Below, in pieces: positions 48,356 through 56,168 of a stretch of DNA of 64,000 nucleotides. The number at the start of each line of letters is the position of its first letter. The first letter of the stretch is position 1. Made by a program: the position numbers and the translations under genes. Below the pieces are notes generated by a model, which did no database searches, had not been told where the DNA came from, and worked only from the letters and a program-made list of their open reading frames with translations. This DNA is from a virus, in IMG/VR virus record IMGVR_UViG_3300008262_000016. One strand, 5' to 3'.

Positions 48356-48548
48356 TCTTCTGATATTCTAGTTTGATCCAGTTTAAAAGAGCATAAGTTT
48401 CTGATAGTTCTAACTTATGATCTTGGTAGTCAGTATCTTCCAACATACCCTCTCTTTCATAAAACTCAATCTCACTAGAAAGATAATCAATATAATGATT
48501 GATGGCGGTGATAGTAAGTTGCCTATCCCGTTGTGAAATAAGAGACAT
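48345..48548 (-). CDS. hypothetical protein
   Basis: MSLISQRDRQL...LLNWIKLE. Confidence 0.55.
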   Translation of the reverse strand: MSLISQRDRQLTITAINHYIDYLSSEIEFYEREGMLEDTDYQDHKLELSETYALLNWIKLEYQKNEN

Positions 48549-48761
48549 AAGACTTCTCAGTATACTACTATCTATTCAGGCAAGTATCTCCCACTTGCCC
48601 ATCAAGTTTTTTATGTTCTGCTGTATGAATTCCTTGTATCAACACAAAAGTGACTAAAAGAACTGTAGGCACTGCCCACATTTCATTTCCAATTGCTCTA
48701 AGGATCTTTAAAAGTTTAATCATAAAAAAGGGGTCCGAAGACCCCAGTATTATAGCATAAA

Positions 48762-49145
48762 TCAGAAGCTATAACGAACTTTAACTTCACCACCAAGATC
48801 AAGGACCTCAGAACTCATACCATACTCACCAGCAACTTTCCCTTTGAGGGAAACTTTCTTAGCAAGAGGATAAGAGAAACCTACTTCACCAACGGCAACA
48901 CCTTCACTCTTAGTTTTACCAGTGTTGAACTCATAACCAGGACCGATTTCGCCATAGACTTTCAGACCAGACTTACCAACCTTTTCATCATAACCAACAC
49001 GAAGTTCGGTTTGAGAACCTTTGTAGGTGCTCTTATCACTGGTAACAGAGATACCAGAGGTGGTCTTACTTTCTACATATGGACCAGCAAGGGCAGGTGC
49101 CGCAATCATCGGAAGTGCCATTGCGGCAAGAGCGATTGCTTTCAT
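48762..49145 (-). CDS. small outer-membrane beta-barrel-like protein
   Basis: Signal peptide ...ALAGPYVE, alternating beta pattern, C-terminal Y-x-F. Confidence 0.7.
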   Translation of the reverse strand: MKAIALAAMALPMIAAPALAGPYVESKTTSGISVTSDKSTYKGSQTELRVGYDEKVGKSGLKVYGEIGPGYEFNTGKTKSEGVAVGEVGFSYPLAKKVSLKGKVAGEYGMSSEVLDLGGEVKVRYSF

Positions 49146-49278
49146 AAAAATCTCCTTTTATAAACATTAAATGTCTTCAATAAAAAAGACCCCTATATTC
49201 TAACAGGGGTCTTTAAGTTTGTCGTTAAGGTTTAGTTAACAATCAATGTGGACAGTTAGGTTCCACAAACCTTCTATT

Positions 49279-49638
49279 TCAGAAGGTGTACTTCACACCA
49301 GCCTTGATGTTGCTGGTCAGGTCATCACCAGTCAGGAACCAGTACTCACCATAGACGCTCAGGTTGTCGGTAGCGGCAACAGAAGCACCTGCCTTACCAG
49401 AAACCTTAACGGTTGCGTCACCACCTTCAGGAGTGGACAGTGCAGGACCAACCTGAACATAACCGTTAACGGTAGGAGACAGAGCACCTTCATAACCAAG
49501 ATGTGCTTCGGTCAGAGTACCGATGTAGTCAGAACCAACGACACCAGCGTTAGATTCTACATTAACATAAGGGCCAGCGAACGCAGCCGAAGCAAGGAAA
49601 GGAGCAGCAGCAACAGCTGCGATTGCGGATTTAAACAT
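49279..49638 (-). CDS. small outer-membrane beta-barrel-like protein (paralog)
   Basis: Signal peptide ...AFAGPYVNVE, C-terminal KAGVKYTF. Confidence 0.72.
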   Translation of the reverse strand: MFKSAIAAVAAAPFLASAAFAGPYVNVESNAGVVGSDYIGTLTEAHLGYEGALSPTVNGYVQVGPALSTPEGGDATVKVSGKAGASVAATDNLSVYGEYWFLTGDDLTSNIKAGVKYTF

Positions 49639-49807
49639 AATAGTACCTCTAAGTTTCTCGCAGAATTATACCTGCGGATGTAAGGAGAATCGACTTTCTC
49701 CGTTTCAGTGACTCAACGAGTATTTGAGGTTTTATCACTTGAACATATTTATTTTAACATTCGCTTAACCTTTTTGTCAAGGGGGTGGTTAACCGAATCT
49801 TTTAAAA

Positions 49808-49879
49808 AGCGGAGTATCGGATTCGAACCGACGACGAACTGCTTGGAAGGCAGCCATTCTACCACTGAATTAACTCCGC
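49808..49879 (-). tRNA. tRNA-Gly(UCC)
   Basis: GCGGAGT acceptor, loop CTTCCAA, GGTTCGAATCC. Confidence 0.93.
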
Positions 49880-49953
49880 AGGCGGTGGGAGATTGCTCTC
49901 CCAAACACTTGCCCACACGGAAGGGATTATAAGACGGAGTTTTATTTCCGTCA

Positions 49954-50026
49954 AGCCCCCGCTCGGAATCGAACCGAGAATCTTCCGCTTACAAGGCGGA
50001 TGCAGTAACCGTTATGCTACAAGGGC
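49954..50026 (-). tRNA. tRNA-Thr(UGU)
   Basis: Loop CTTGTAA, GGTTCGATTCC. Confidence 0.93.
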
Positions 50027-50029
50027 AGG

Positions 50030-50103
50030 CTCCTGCTGCTGGGCTCGAACCAGCGACATCCGGATTAACAGTCCAGCGCAACTACCAACTGTGCTAAGCA
50101 GGA
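50030..50103 (-). tRNA. tRNA-Asn(GUU)
   Basis: TCCTGCT acceptor, loop CTGTTAA. Confidence 0.93.
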
Positions 50104-50271
50104 TTACAGGGGTTTAACACCCTGTTCCTTACAAAGTTTGAAGTAGAGTTTATAATACCTCTGCTTCATCTCAGCAAGGATTTTATTGTCCTCTTCAAAA
50201 CCCAATTTCTTGGTATGGGCATAACACCCCTCAAGTTCTCCAATTAATATTAGAATTTTTATTGGGTCCAT
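50104..50271 (-). CDS. 55-aa hypothetical protein between tRNAs
   Basis: MDPIKILILIGELEGCYAHTKKLGFEED... Confidence 0.5.
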   Translation of the reverse strand: MDPIKILILIGELEGCYAHTKKLGFEEDNKILAEMKQRYYKLYFKLCKEQGVKPL

Positions 50272-50287
50272 AATGAAGAAAGGACAA

Positions 50288-50360
50288 CAGGCACGGCTGG
50301 ACTCGAACCAGCAATCGGCAACTTAGAAGGTTGATGCATTATCCATTATGCTACGTGCCC
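50288..50360 (-). tRNA. tRNA-Arg(UCU)
   Basis: Loop CTTCTAA, GGTTCGAGTCC; promoter TTGACA-N17-TATACT upstream. Confidence 0.93.
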
Positions 50361-50399
50361 ATAAGAGTAGTATACACTACTCAGTTTTGTTTGTCAAGA

Positions 50400-50789
50400 T
50401 CAGTCCCAAGAAACATTTTGAACAAGGAAACCAGGCATTACATAAGTCCAAGCACCCAAGTCATTATGACCACCAACCTTGTAGTCCCACTTGTATTCAA
50501 ACTTATTGTGACTATCCCAAGTCATATATCCCTGCTCCTTATCAAAGCGACCCTTGATAGTGAGAGAGTGCTTATTAGAGAAGATGTTACGAGTGCGAAG
50601 TGCTCCACCCTTTTCACGGGTTTCAACTACTACACAAGTATCAGGATAGGTTTGAATACCTTGCTCCAACAAACAAGGAGTTTCATAACGAAATGGGCGA
50701 TAAGTTTGCTCTGGTGTTGCAAGTGCAGGAGCACCAGAAAGAATCAGAGCAAGAGCAATGAGTTTTTTCATCCTACAACCCTCCAGCAT
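50400..50789 (-). CDS. exported hypothetical protein
   Basis: Signal peptide MKKLIALALILSGAPALA; likely start at that Met. Confidence 0.6.
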   Translation of the reverse strand: MLEGCRMKKLIALALILSGAPALATPEQTYRPFRYETPCLLEQGIQTYPDTCVVVETREKGGALRTRNIFSNKHSLTIKGRFDKEQGYMTWDSHNKFEYKWDYKVGGHNDLGAWTYVMPGFLVQNVSWD

Positions 50790-51082
50790 ACAGTAGCGTT
50801 TCCTTTTCTTGTAGATTCGATGTGAGCAAAAGCAGAATAAGAAAGGTCTAAATCTGCGTGGGAGTAAGGACCACGATCATTCACTCTTACAATCACTTGT
50901 TTGAGATTGTCTTGATTCGTCACCCGAATTTTTGTACCCATAGGTAGATAAGGATGAGCTGCAGTCCAACGATAAGCATCAAACCTTTCGCCGTTTGCAG
51001 TAGTTTGACCATGAAATCCATCTCCTAAACCATAGAAAGTAGCAATACCACAGGTAAGACCAGCAATTACAGTTTCAATCAT
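50768..51082 (-). CDS. RlpA-like (DPBB) lytic transglycosylase
   Basis: ATFYG...FHG..TANGERFD....TAAH..LP.GT..RVTN...VRVNDRGPY...DLS..AF. Confidence 0.9.
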   Translation of the reverse strand: MIETVIAGLTCGIATFYGLGDGFHGQTTANGERFDAYRWTAAHPYLPMGTKIRVTNQDNLKQVIVRVNDRGPYSHADLDLSYSAFAHIESTRKGNATVCWRVVG

Positions 51083-51467
51083 TAAGGCAATTTTCAGTCC
51101 AAGGAGCACAAAGGCGCATCTCACCACCAAGCAGTTTCTGCGCCTCACTACCGTCAGGTGGTCTCTCAACCAACTTCGGTCTAGGTATTATAGGGTCTTC
51201 TGGGTTTTCCGTCAAGTACTTCTCAATGGCGACGTCAACGTCCATGGTGACCCGCCTCTCGGTCTTCTCAGGGTCTCTGATGATAAGTTCATTGAGAATA
51301 CCAAGTGGAAGATATTTTCTCTGTAACTCATCCAACATATCCCAGAGTTTGGTTTCACTTATCCCAGTAAATGTTGAGAGTGCTGCGATAAGAAGTGATA
51401 CGATAATACTTACTTTTATTATCTCTCGTTTATCTGGTTTTTTATTTCCAAACTGAAAGTTAATCAT
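51075..51467 (-). CDS. membrane-anchored hypothetical protein
   Basis: Single TM helix; LGGEMRLCAPW C-terminus. Confidence 0.55.
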   Translation of the reverse strand: MINFQFGNKKPDKREIIKVSIIVSLLIAALSTFTGISETKLWDMLDELQRKYLPLGILNELIIRDPEKTERRVTMDVDVAIEKYLTENPEDPIIPRPKLVERPPDGSEAQKLLGGEMRLCAPWTENCLND

Positions 51468-51498
51468 AAGGGAGAGTAAGCAGCACTCCCCTTATATA

Positions 51499-51699
51499 TC
51501 ACTCTTCAGTCACTTCTTCAGTCACTTCTTCAGTCACTTCTGGTTCTGGAAGGGTTACGCCGATTTGAGCCAAATACTCAATTGCTCCCTGAATTTTCCA
51601 AAGCAGTTCCCGATTTGTAGTCATTTGTTGGTCTAGATTATTTCTTTGCTCTAAAAGATTTGCTAGATGTTGTTGTTGTTCGGTCATTTCTGTTCCCAA
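51499..51699 (-). CDS. small coiled-coil protein with EVTE repeats
   Basis: KIQGAIEYL; 12-bp repeat at the 3' end. Confidence 0.55.
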   Translation of the reverse strand: MGTEMTEQQQHLANLLEQRNNLDQQMTTNRELLWKIQGAIEYLAQIGVTLPEPEVTEEVTEEVTEE

Positions 51700-51756
51700 T
51701 CTATAGAATAAAAAGTAAAGGGGAAGTAAATCCCTCCCCCTATATATTCAGTTTTT

Positions 51757-52395
51757 TTAAACCTCTACCGTGATCAGTCGGTTAGCATAATCATGTGCAT
51801 AATGTGTGCGAGCACCATGATGCCCCCAACCAATCCAACTATACGCATAGTCCATGTAACGATTGATAGACTTACCAGGAGTTTTCATCCTGTCCTCAAT
51901 TCGTTGCCATTGAACCTCAGTCGTTAGATAACGAAGTTGCGTGTGTAAGTCTGATGGTTTCCCACCATACTTATTAGCAAAAGCACCCAATCCATAATAA
52001 CGGTTGGCAGATGTCCATTGAATCAGTCCGTAACCGCGTCCGCAGTTACTCCAACTGGTTCTGCTACCACCTTCGCAGATATTAGGCACGAATGTTGATT
52101 CCTGTCTAATATTGCCCATGATAGTAGCAAGGGCGTTTCTGTCTGTAATACCACGCTCCTGGAAGTATGCCAGGGTAGCATTCTCATTTTCATTACACCC
52201 TTTACAAATTAGCCTTATCTCTTTTGGCTTTTCGGGAGCAACCTCTTTGGTCGCTGTCTTCTCATCTACAAGATTCAATACATCAGTAATAAATGGGGGA
52301 GGACCCTGCATCTTGTAGTTTACGAATGGCAGTGTTGCCGCATTGGTTGTAACCGTTGCCAGAAGGGGCAGGGCTACAGTAAAGAAGTTTTGCAC
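51757..52395 (-). CDS. phage tail-type lysozyme (Phage_lysozyme2-like) with hydrophobic N-terminus
   Basis: ATIMGNIRQES.F.P, GYGLIQWT...R, QLRY; start uncertain (GTG 52395 chosen). Confidence 0.8.
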   Translation of the reverse strand: MQNFFTVALPLLATVTTNAATLPFVNYKMQGPPPFITDVLNLVDEKTATKEVAPEKPKEIRLICKGCNENENATLAYFQERGITDRNALATIMGNIRQESTFVPNICEGGSRTSWSNCGRGYGLIQWTSANRYYGLGAFANKYGGKPSDLHTQLRYLTTEVQWQRIEDRMKTPGKSINRYMDYAYSWIGWGHHGARTHYAHDYANRLITVEV

Positions 52396-52593
52396 TAAAT
52401 TTAATTGAACTCTACATCCGAATAGAAGGGGGGTATACCACAACCATCTCTGGGGGCACCTTCCTCGGCTCTAATGTCACTTCAATGACTCATAATAAAA
52501 AACCCAACCAGAAGTTGGGTCTACACATAATAAGTGATTATTTATCTTTTGTCAAGAATTTGATTTTAAAGGCAGTTTCACTAAATACTTTTA

Positions 52594-53106
52594 GTGTTTA
52601 TCGCAACTCAAATGAAAAGACTATTTCTAGCCTTTTCGTTATTCTTAACAACTCCAGTCTTTGCAGGGGAAATCACCCATAAGATTGTTGATTCGGTACA
52701 ACTGACTGTTGATGGTGCTGCTTCTGCCGCAACCAGAATCGGTTCTTCATATGCTGTAACTGGAAGCAACATTTCCGCTACAACTTTCGGTGGTCTTACC
52801 GCTCCAGCAAGCACCACTGCTGCTGCTACCCAGATTCAGGGTTCTTATGATGTAAACACCGCTGGTCAAGCATTCAGTTTCTCTGAATCCTTTACTGCTG
52901 GTGATGCTATTCCAAGTGGTACAACAGTAACCTCTGGTGTTGTTGGTTCTCTTCCTTCTTTCGGAAGCGTTACCACTTCTTCTGGTGGTGTTGCTGGTTC
53001 CCTTGCTGGTTCTCTTTCTGGTACTGGTGTTCCTACGGTTACTGCTGGTGGTGCTGGTACTCAAGCAGTCGGTCAAAGATCCATTGAGTTAAGCGTATTT
53101 AAATGA
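52594..53106 (+). CDS. exported Ser/Thr/Gly-rich beta protein
   Basis: Signal peptide; SVQLTVD, GQAFSFSESF; CTAAATA upstream. Confidence 0.7.
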   Translation: MFIATQMKRLFLAFSLFLTTPVFAGEITHKIVDSVQLTVDGAASAATRIGSSYAVTGSNISATTFGGLTAPASTTAAATQIQGSYDVNTAGQAFSFSESFTAGDAIPSGTTVTSGVVGSLPSFGSVTTSSGGVAGSLAGSLSGTGVPTVTAGGAGTQAVGQRSIELSVFK

Positions 53107-53465
53107 GACTTATAAATCCCGTCTTGCTAGTAGCGACGGGATTTATATCCCCCGCTCTAGCAGTGCCCGTTACGCCTAACTTCACCAGCGGCACAATGAC
53201 TTCACACACGGAGTCCACAACAACTGTAAATGAAACTATTCGCCAAATTGATTATCAGACAGGATGGAGTTACACAGTTACAGGGACAAACATCAATATT
53301 CCCGCAACACCAAAAGTAGGAACACCCTATACCATTATGGAAAATGGTGCTCCATTCCAGTTCACGGAAACTTATTCGGGACCAGGAATGATCAAAGACA
53401 CAACTGTGAATCGCAGCACAACCATAATGTCGGTTACAGATACAACAAGTGTCTTCACACAATAG
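53103..53465 (+). CDS. exported Thr-rich protein
   Basis: Signal peptide then AVPVTPNFTSG; GAPFQFTETY.GPG. Confidence 0.7.
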   Translation: MRLINPVLLVATGFISPALAVPVTPNFTSGTMTSHTESTTTVNETIRQIDYQTGWSYTVTGTNINIPATPKVGTPYTIMENGAPFQFTETYSGPGMIKDTTVNRSTTIMSVTDTTSVFTQ

Positions 53466-54118
53466 CATCCGCCCTTGTTCTCACTGCCTTTGCGACCCCT
53501 GTATATGCGGAAGGGGATACTCCAATCACTGCGGTTGCAAATCCACAGGCAACCTCAACAGGAAGTGTAACAAACCAGGCGGTTCAGGTCTTACAAGGTC
53601 CATACGTTACCAACTCATACGGTGGTGGCGTAAGTTGTCAAGGACCAACCTTTAACCTGACACCATTTCTTACTACTACAAATAGTGGTCAAAGACCATT
53701 TGAGGAACTTGCGAATATTGATAATGATCCTACCACTCCTTTAGAAAGAACTGGACAGAAGGACAACTGGGCAAAGAACTTTGGAATCTCTGGGACCATC
53801 TCCATTCCTTTGGATGGTGGTCTACAAGCACGCTGTAAGGAAGCAGCAGAGACTTGGACTAATCGCCAGAAGGCGGAGACTGATAAGGCTCGTTTGGACT
53901 TTGAGCTCGTCCGCCTCTTAAAATGCATATGTGCTGATGTTGTTGTTGTGTCCAATGGAGGTATTGTTCCTTCTTCTGCTGCTTTAGTTCCTTCTGGAAT
54001 GTCTTCAAAACCTTCTTCTTCAGTTCCAGTTGGGCAGCGAAGTCAACCTGTAACTCATAAGGCGTCAGGTCTCGGTGGAGCCGTTTCTTTGCCTGAACGT
54101 ACACCTGCTGGACGATAG
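53264..54118 (+). CDS. exported protein, true start unclear
   Basis: ANP.ATSTGSVTNQAVQVLQGPY..NSYGGGVSCQGPT, IPLD..LQ..CK. Confidence 0.65.
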   Translation: MELHSYRDKHQYSRNTKSRNTLYHYGKWCSIPVHGNLFGTRNDQRHNCESQHNHNVGYRYNKCLHTIASALVLTAFATPVYAEGDTPITAVANPQATSTGSVTNQAVQVLQGPYVTNSYGGGVSCQGPTFNLTPFLTTTNSGQRPFEELANIDNDPTTPLERTGQKDNWAKNFGISGTISIPLDGGLQARCKEAAETWTNRQKAETDKARLDFELVRLLKCICADVVVVSNGGIVPSSAALVPSGMSSKPSSSVPVGQRSQPVTHKASGLGGAVSLPERTPAGR

Positions 54119-54599
54119 GTTTCATTTTACCTACCATCCATTCCACCAGAGATTTGCCAACAAGAGCCGCAGCAACAGAAGCAGTAGCAGTGGTGCCAGC
54201 AAGAATAACCTGCTCTTTAGGTGGGATGGGAACTTGTCCGATGAGGGGTACTTCAATGACGGGTACTCCTAAGTTTGTTGTTGGTGGTGGTGTAACTACC
54301 TGTGTTTCTTGTGGAACCTGAACGGCAGGAGGAACAACAGGAGCGGCAGGTGGTAGTTGCCTAGACTTCTCTTCTTGGGTTTCTTCCTTTTCTTTTTGCG
54401 AATTCTGTCCCTCCACTATCTGTTTCCATTGTTCCGTTGTTGGAACATCAATGGGTTCATAATAAGGAATTTCAGCAGTAGGAACTTGGACTACTGGTTT
54501 TTGTAAAGATCTTATGGATGGTGTTAAGACAACAGGTGGTTCCAATCTACGAACAACTGGAACCTCAACTTGGTGAACTTGTATCTCTGGGATTTCCAT
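53859..54599 (-). CDS. Pro-rich membrane-anchored protein
   Basis: Pro/Val-rich N-terminal half; AGTTATASVAAAL hydrophobic segment. Confidence 0.6.
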   Translation of the reverse strand: MEIPEIQVHQVEVPVVRRLEPPVVLTPSIRSLQKPVVQVPTAEIPYYEPIDVPTTEQWKQIVEGQNSQKEKEETQEEKSRQLPPAAPVVPPAVQVPQETQVVTPPPTTNLGVPVIEVPLIGQVPIPPKEQVILAGTTATASVAAALVGKSLVEWMVGKMKPIVQQVYVQAKKRLHRDLTPYELQVDFAAQLELKKKVLKTFQKELKQQKKEQYLHWTQQQHQHICILRGGRAQSPNEPYQSPPSGD

Positions 54600-54602
54600 T
54601 CC

Positions 54603-55034
54603 CTACTCAATCAATGTGCCCTTTGCTCTACGAATTTCTCTGAGTGGTTCCCAGTCCTTATCTTTTGTTCCACCATCATAAGGAAGAGCATAACCCTCAG
54701 TAATCATTTGGTTATTCAAAGATTCATCTTGTCCGTTAATAAAAAGATGTCCGATAATGCGCCCATATTTCTCAGTAGAATCTGGTTTTTCTGTGCGGAT
54801 AACAACATCAAAAGCATCTTCTAACTGATGCTTCAACCAGTTCTTCGCATCTAATCCAAGTTCTTTTTCTTTGAGATCTCTCGTGCGACTTTCTGGGGTA
54901 TCAATACCCGCCAGACGAATTCGTTTAGTGAGAGAAATATCAAACCCCAAATCAATGTCAGCATCAATGGTGTCGCCATCTACAACTCTTCCAACTGACT
55001 TAATTCTGTAAATATACGGATCTTTTTCTGACAT
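54603..55034 (-). CDS. thermonuclease (SNase-like)
   Basis: VVDGDTID, RIRLAGIDTPESRT, KYGRI, EGYA..Y.GG. Confidence 0.9.
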   Translation of the reverse strand: MSEKDPYIYRIKSVGRVVDGDTIDADIDLGFDISLTKRIRLAGIDTPESRTRDLKEKELGLDAKNWLKHQLEDAFDVVIRTEKPDSTEKYGRIIGHLFINGQDESLNNQMITEGYALPYDGGTKDKDWEPLREIRRAKGTLIE

Positions 55035-55246
55035 TAGAAAGGAAGTTTAAACTCTTTCGTATTTAGTTTAGGCAGAGGAAGTTTCTCAAATGCCTTGTTG
55101 ACCTGCTTCTCTACAACAGCACCAACAAACTCTTCTGGGTTGTCTAAAATCTTCTGTGCTTTTTGATAGGTGATATATGCTCCTACACCAATCGCAGCAC
55201 TAATGCTTAGACTTGTCAGGGACAGAATCAGACTTATGTGTTTCAT
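55034..55246 (-). CDS. small membrane protein
   Basis: N-terminal TM helix. Confidence 0.55.
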   Translation of the reverse strand: MKHISLILSLTSLSISAAIGVGAYITYQKAQKILDNPEEFVGAVVEKQVNKAFEKLPLPKLNTKEFKLPF

Positions 55247-55347
55247 CTTTCATCTCCAAGTGGGCTAACCTAAGTATATAGAAAACACAATATCCTGTGA
55301 ACGCAAGTCCACAGGATAAGATGATGAATACTCCCCAGTTAAACTCA

Positions 55348-55548
55348 CTATTCATTCCACCAACCCTCTTCTTTGTGTATCCATACTTTCAGGTCTTTTA
55401 TATATTTCCTTAGTATATCTGCTTGCTCTTGATGCCAAAAATCACCCGTCTCTAAAAAAAGACGGGTGTGATTATCTATTGCTTGGAGTATTTTATGGAT
55501 GGGAGCATTCCAACACTCCCTTTTTGGAGTGTTCCATTCTCGTGGCAC
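55348..55548 (-). CDS. small conserved cyanophage protein
   Basis: MPREWNTPKRECWNAPIH..L.AIDNH. Confidence 0.6.
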   Translation of the reverse strand: MPREWNTPKRECWNAPIHKILQAIDNHTRLFLETGDFWHQEQADILRKYIKDLKVWIHKEEGWWNE

Positions 55549-55758
55549 GGGATTACGAGCGAGTGTATTTCATTGTATCTAAAATATTCCAACTGGCAAC
55601 TACCAGGACTAATTTCGGCATAACCAACTATTAAAAAAGCAATGAGTTCCATTACTTCTTTTTGCCGCCATTCTTCGCCTTCTTAGCGGTTGCGTTGCCT
55701 TGATTCTGCTTCTTATTACCAGCGGAACCTTTCTTACCTTTGTTTGGTGACTTGGACA

Positions 55759-56133
55759 TTATGCTCCTGTGCGGGGTGTGACGAACCCTTCACCTTCTTC
55801 ACCTTCTACTTTAGTCTCAAGTGCTTCTACTCTTTCCTCAAGGGATACAGGAGTTTCTGCTACAACTAACTCAGGTGCTGGTGGTTCTGGTGGAGCAACA
55901 ACCAATTCTCTTCTTGGTTCAGGTGCTGGATGATCATGGTCATCGTCGTCACCACCTTTCTTCATTGTATTGATACCAAAAGTCGCAGCAGAAGCTGTGA
56001 AGACGGTAGCAATGAAGGTGGGGTCCATCTTAGATAGAGCCCCAGCATAACTTGCGGTGAGGAGTGCAGCAGACCAACTCAAAATCAAAATACGAATCAA
56101 TGTCCCCATACGGTTTTCCTTTTTCTTGTCCAT
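55759..56133 (-). CDS. two-TM membrane protein (holin-like candidate)
   Basis: ILSWSAALLTASY...DPTFIATVFT...ATFGI; located near lysins. Confidence 0.5.
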   Translation of the reverse strand: MDKKKENRMGTLIRILILSWSAALLTASYAGALSKMDPTFIATVFTASAATFGINTMKKGGDDDDHDHPAPEPRRELVVAPPEPPAPELVVAETPVSLEERVEALETKVEGEEGEGFVTPRTGA

Positions 56134-56168
56134 CAGTTCCGTGTGATGAATTCTATGTATTTAGGTTT

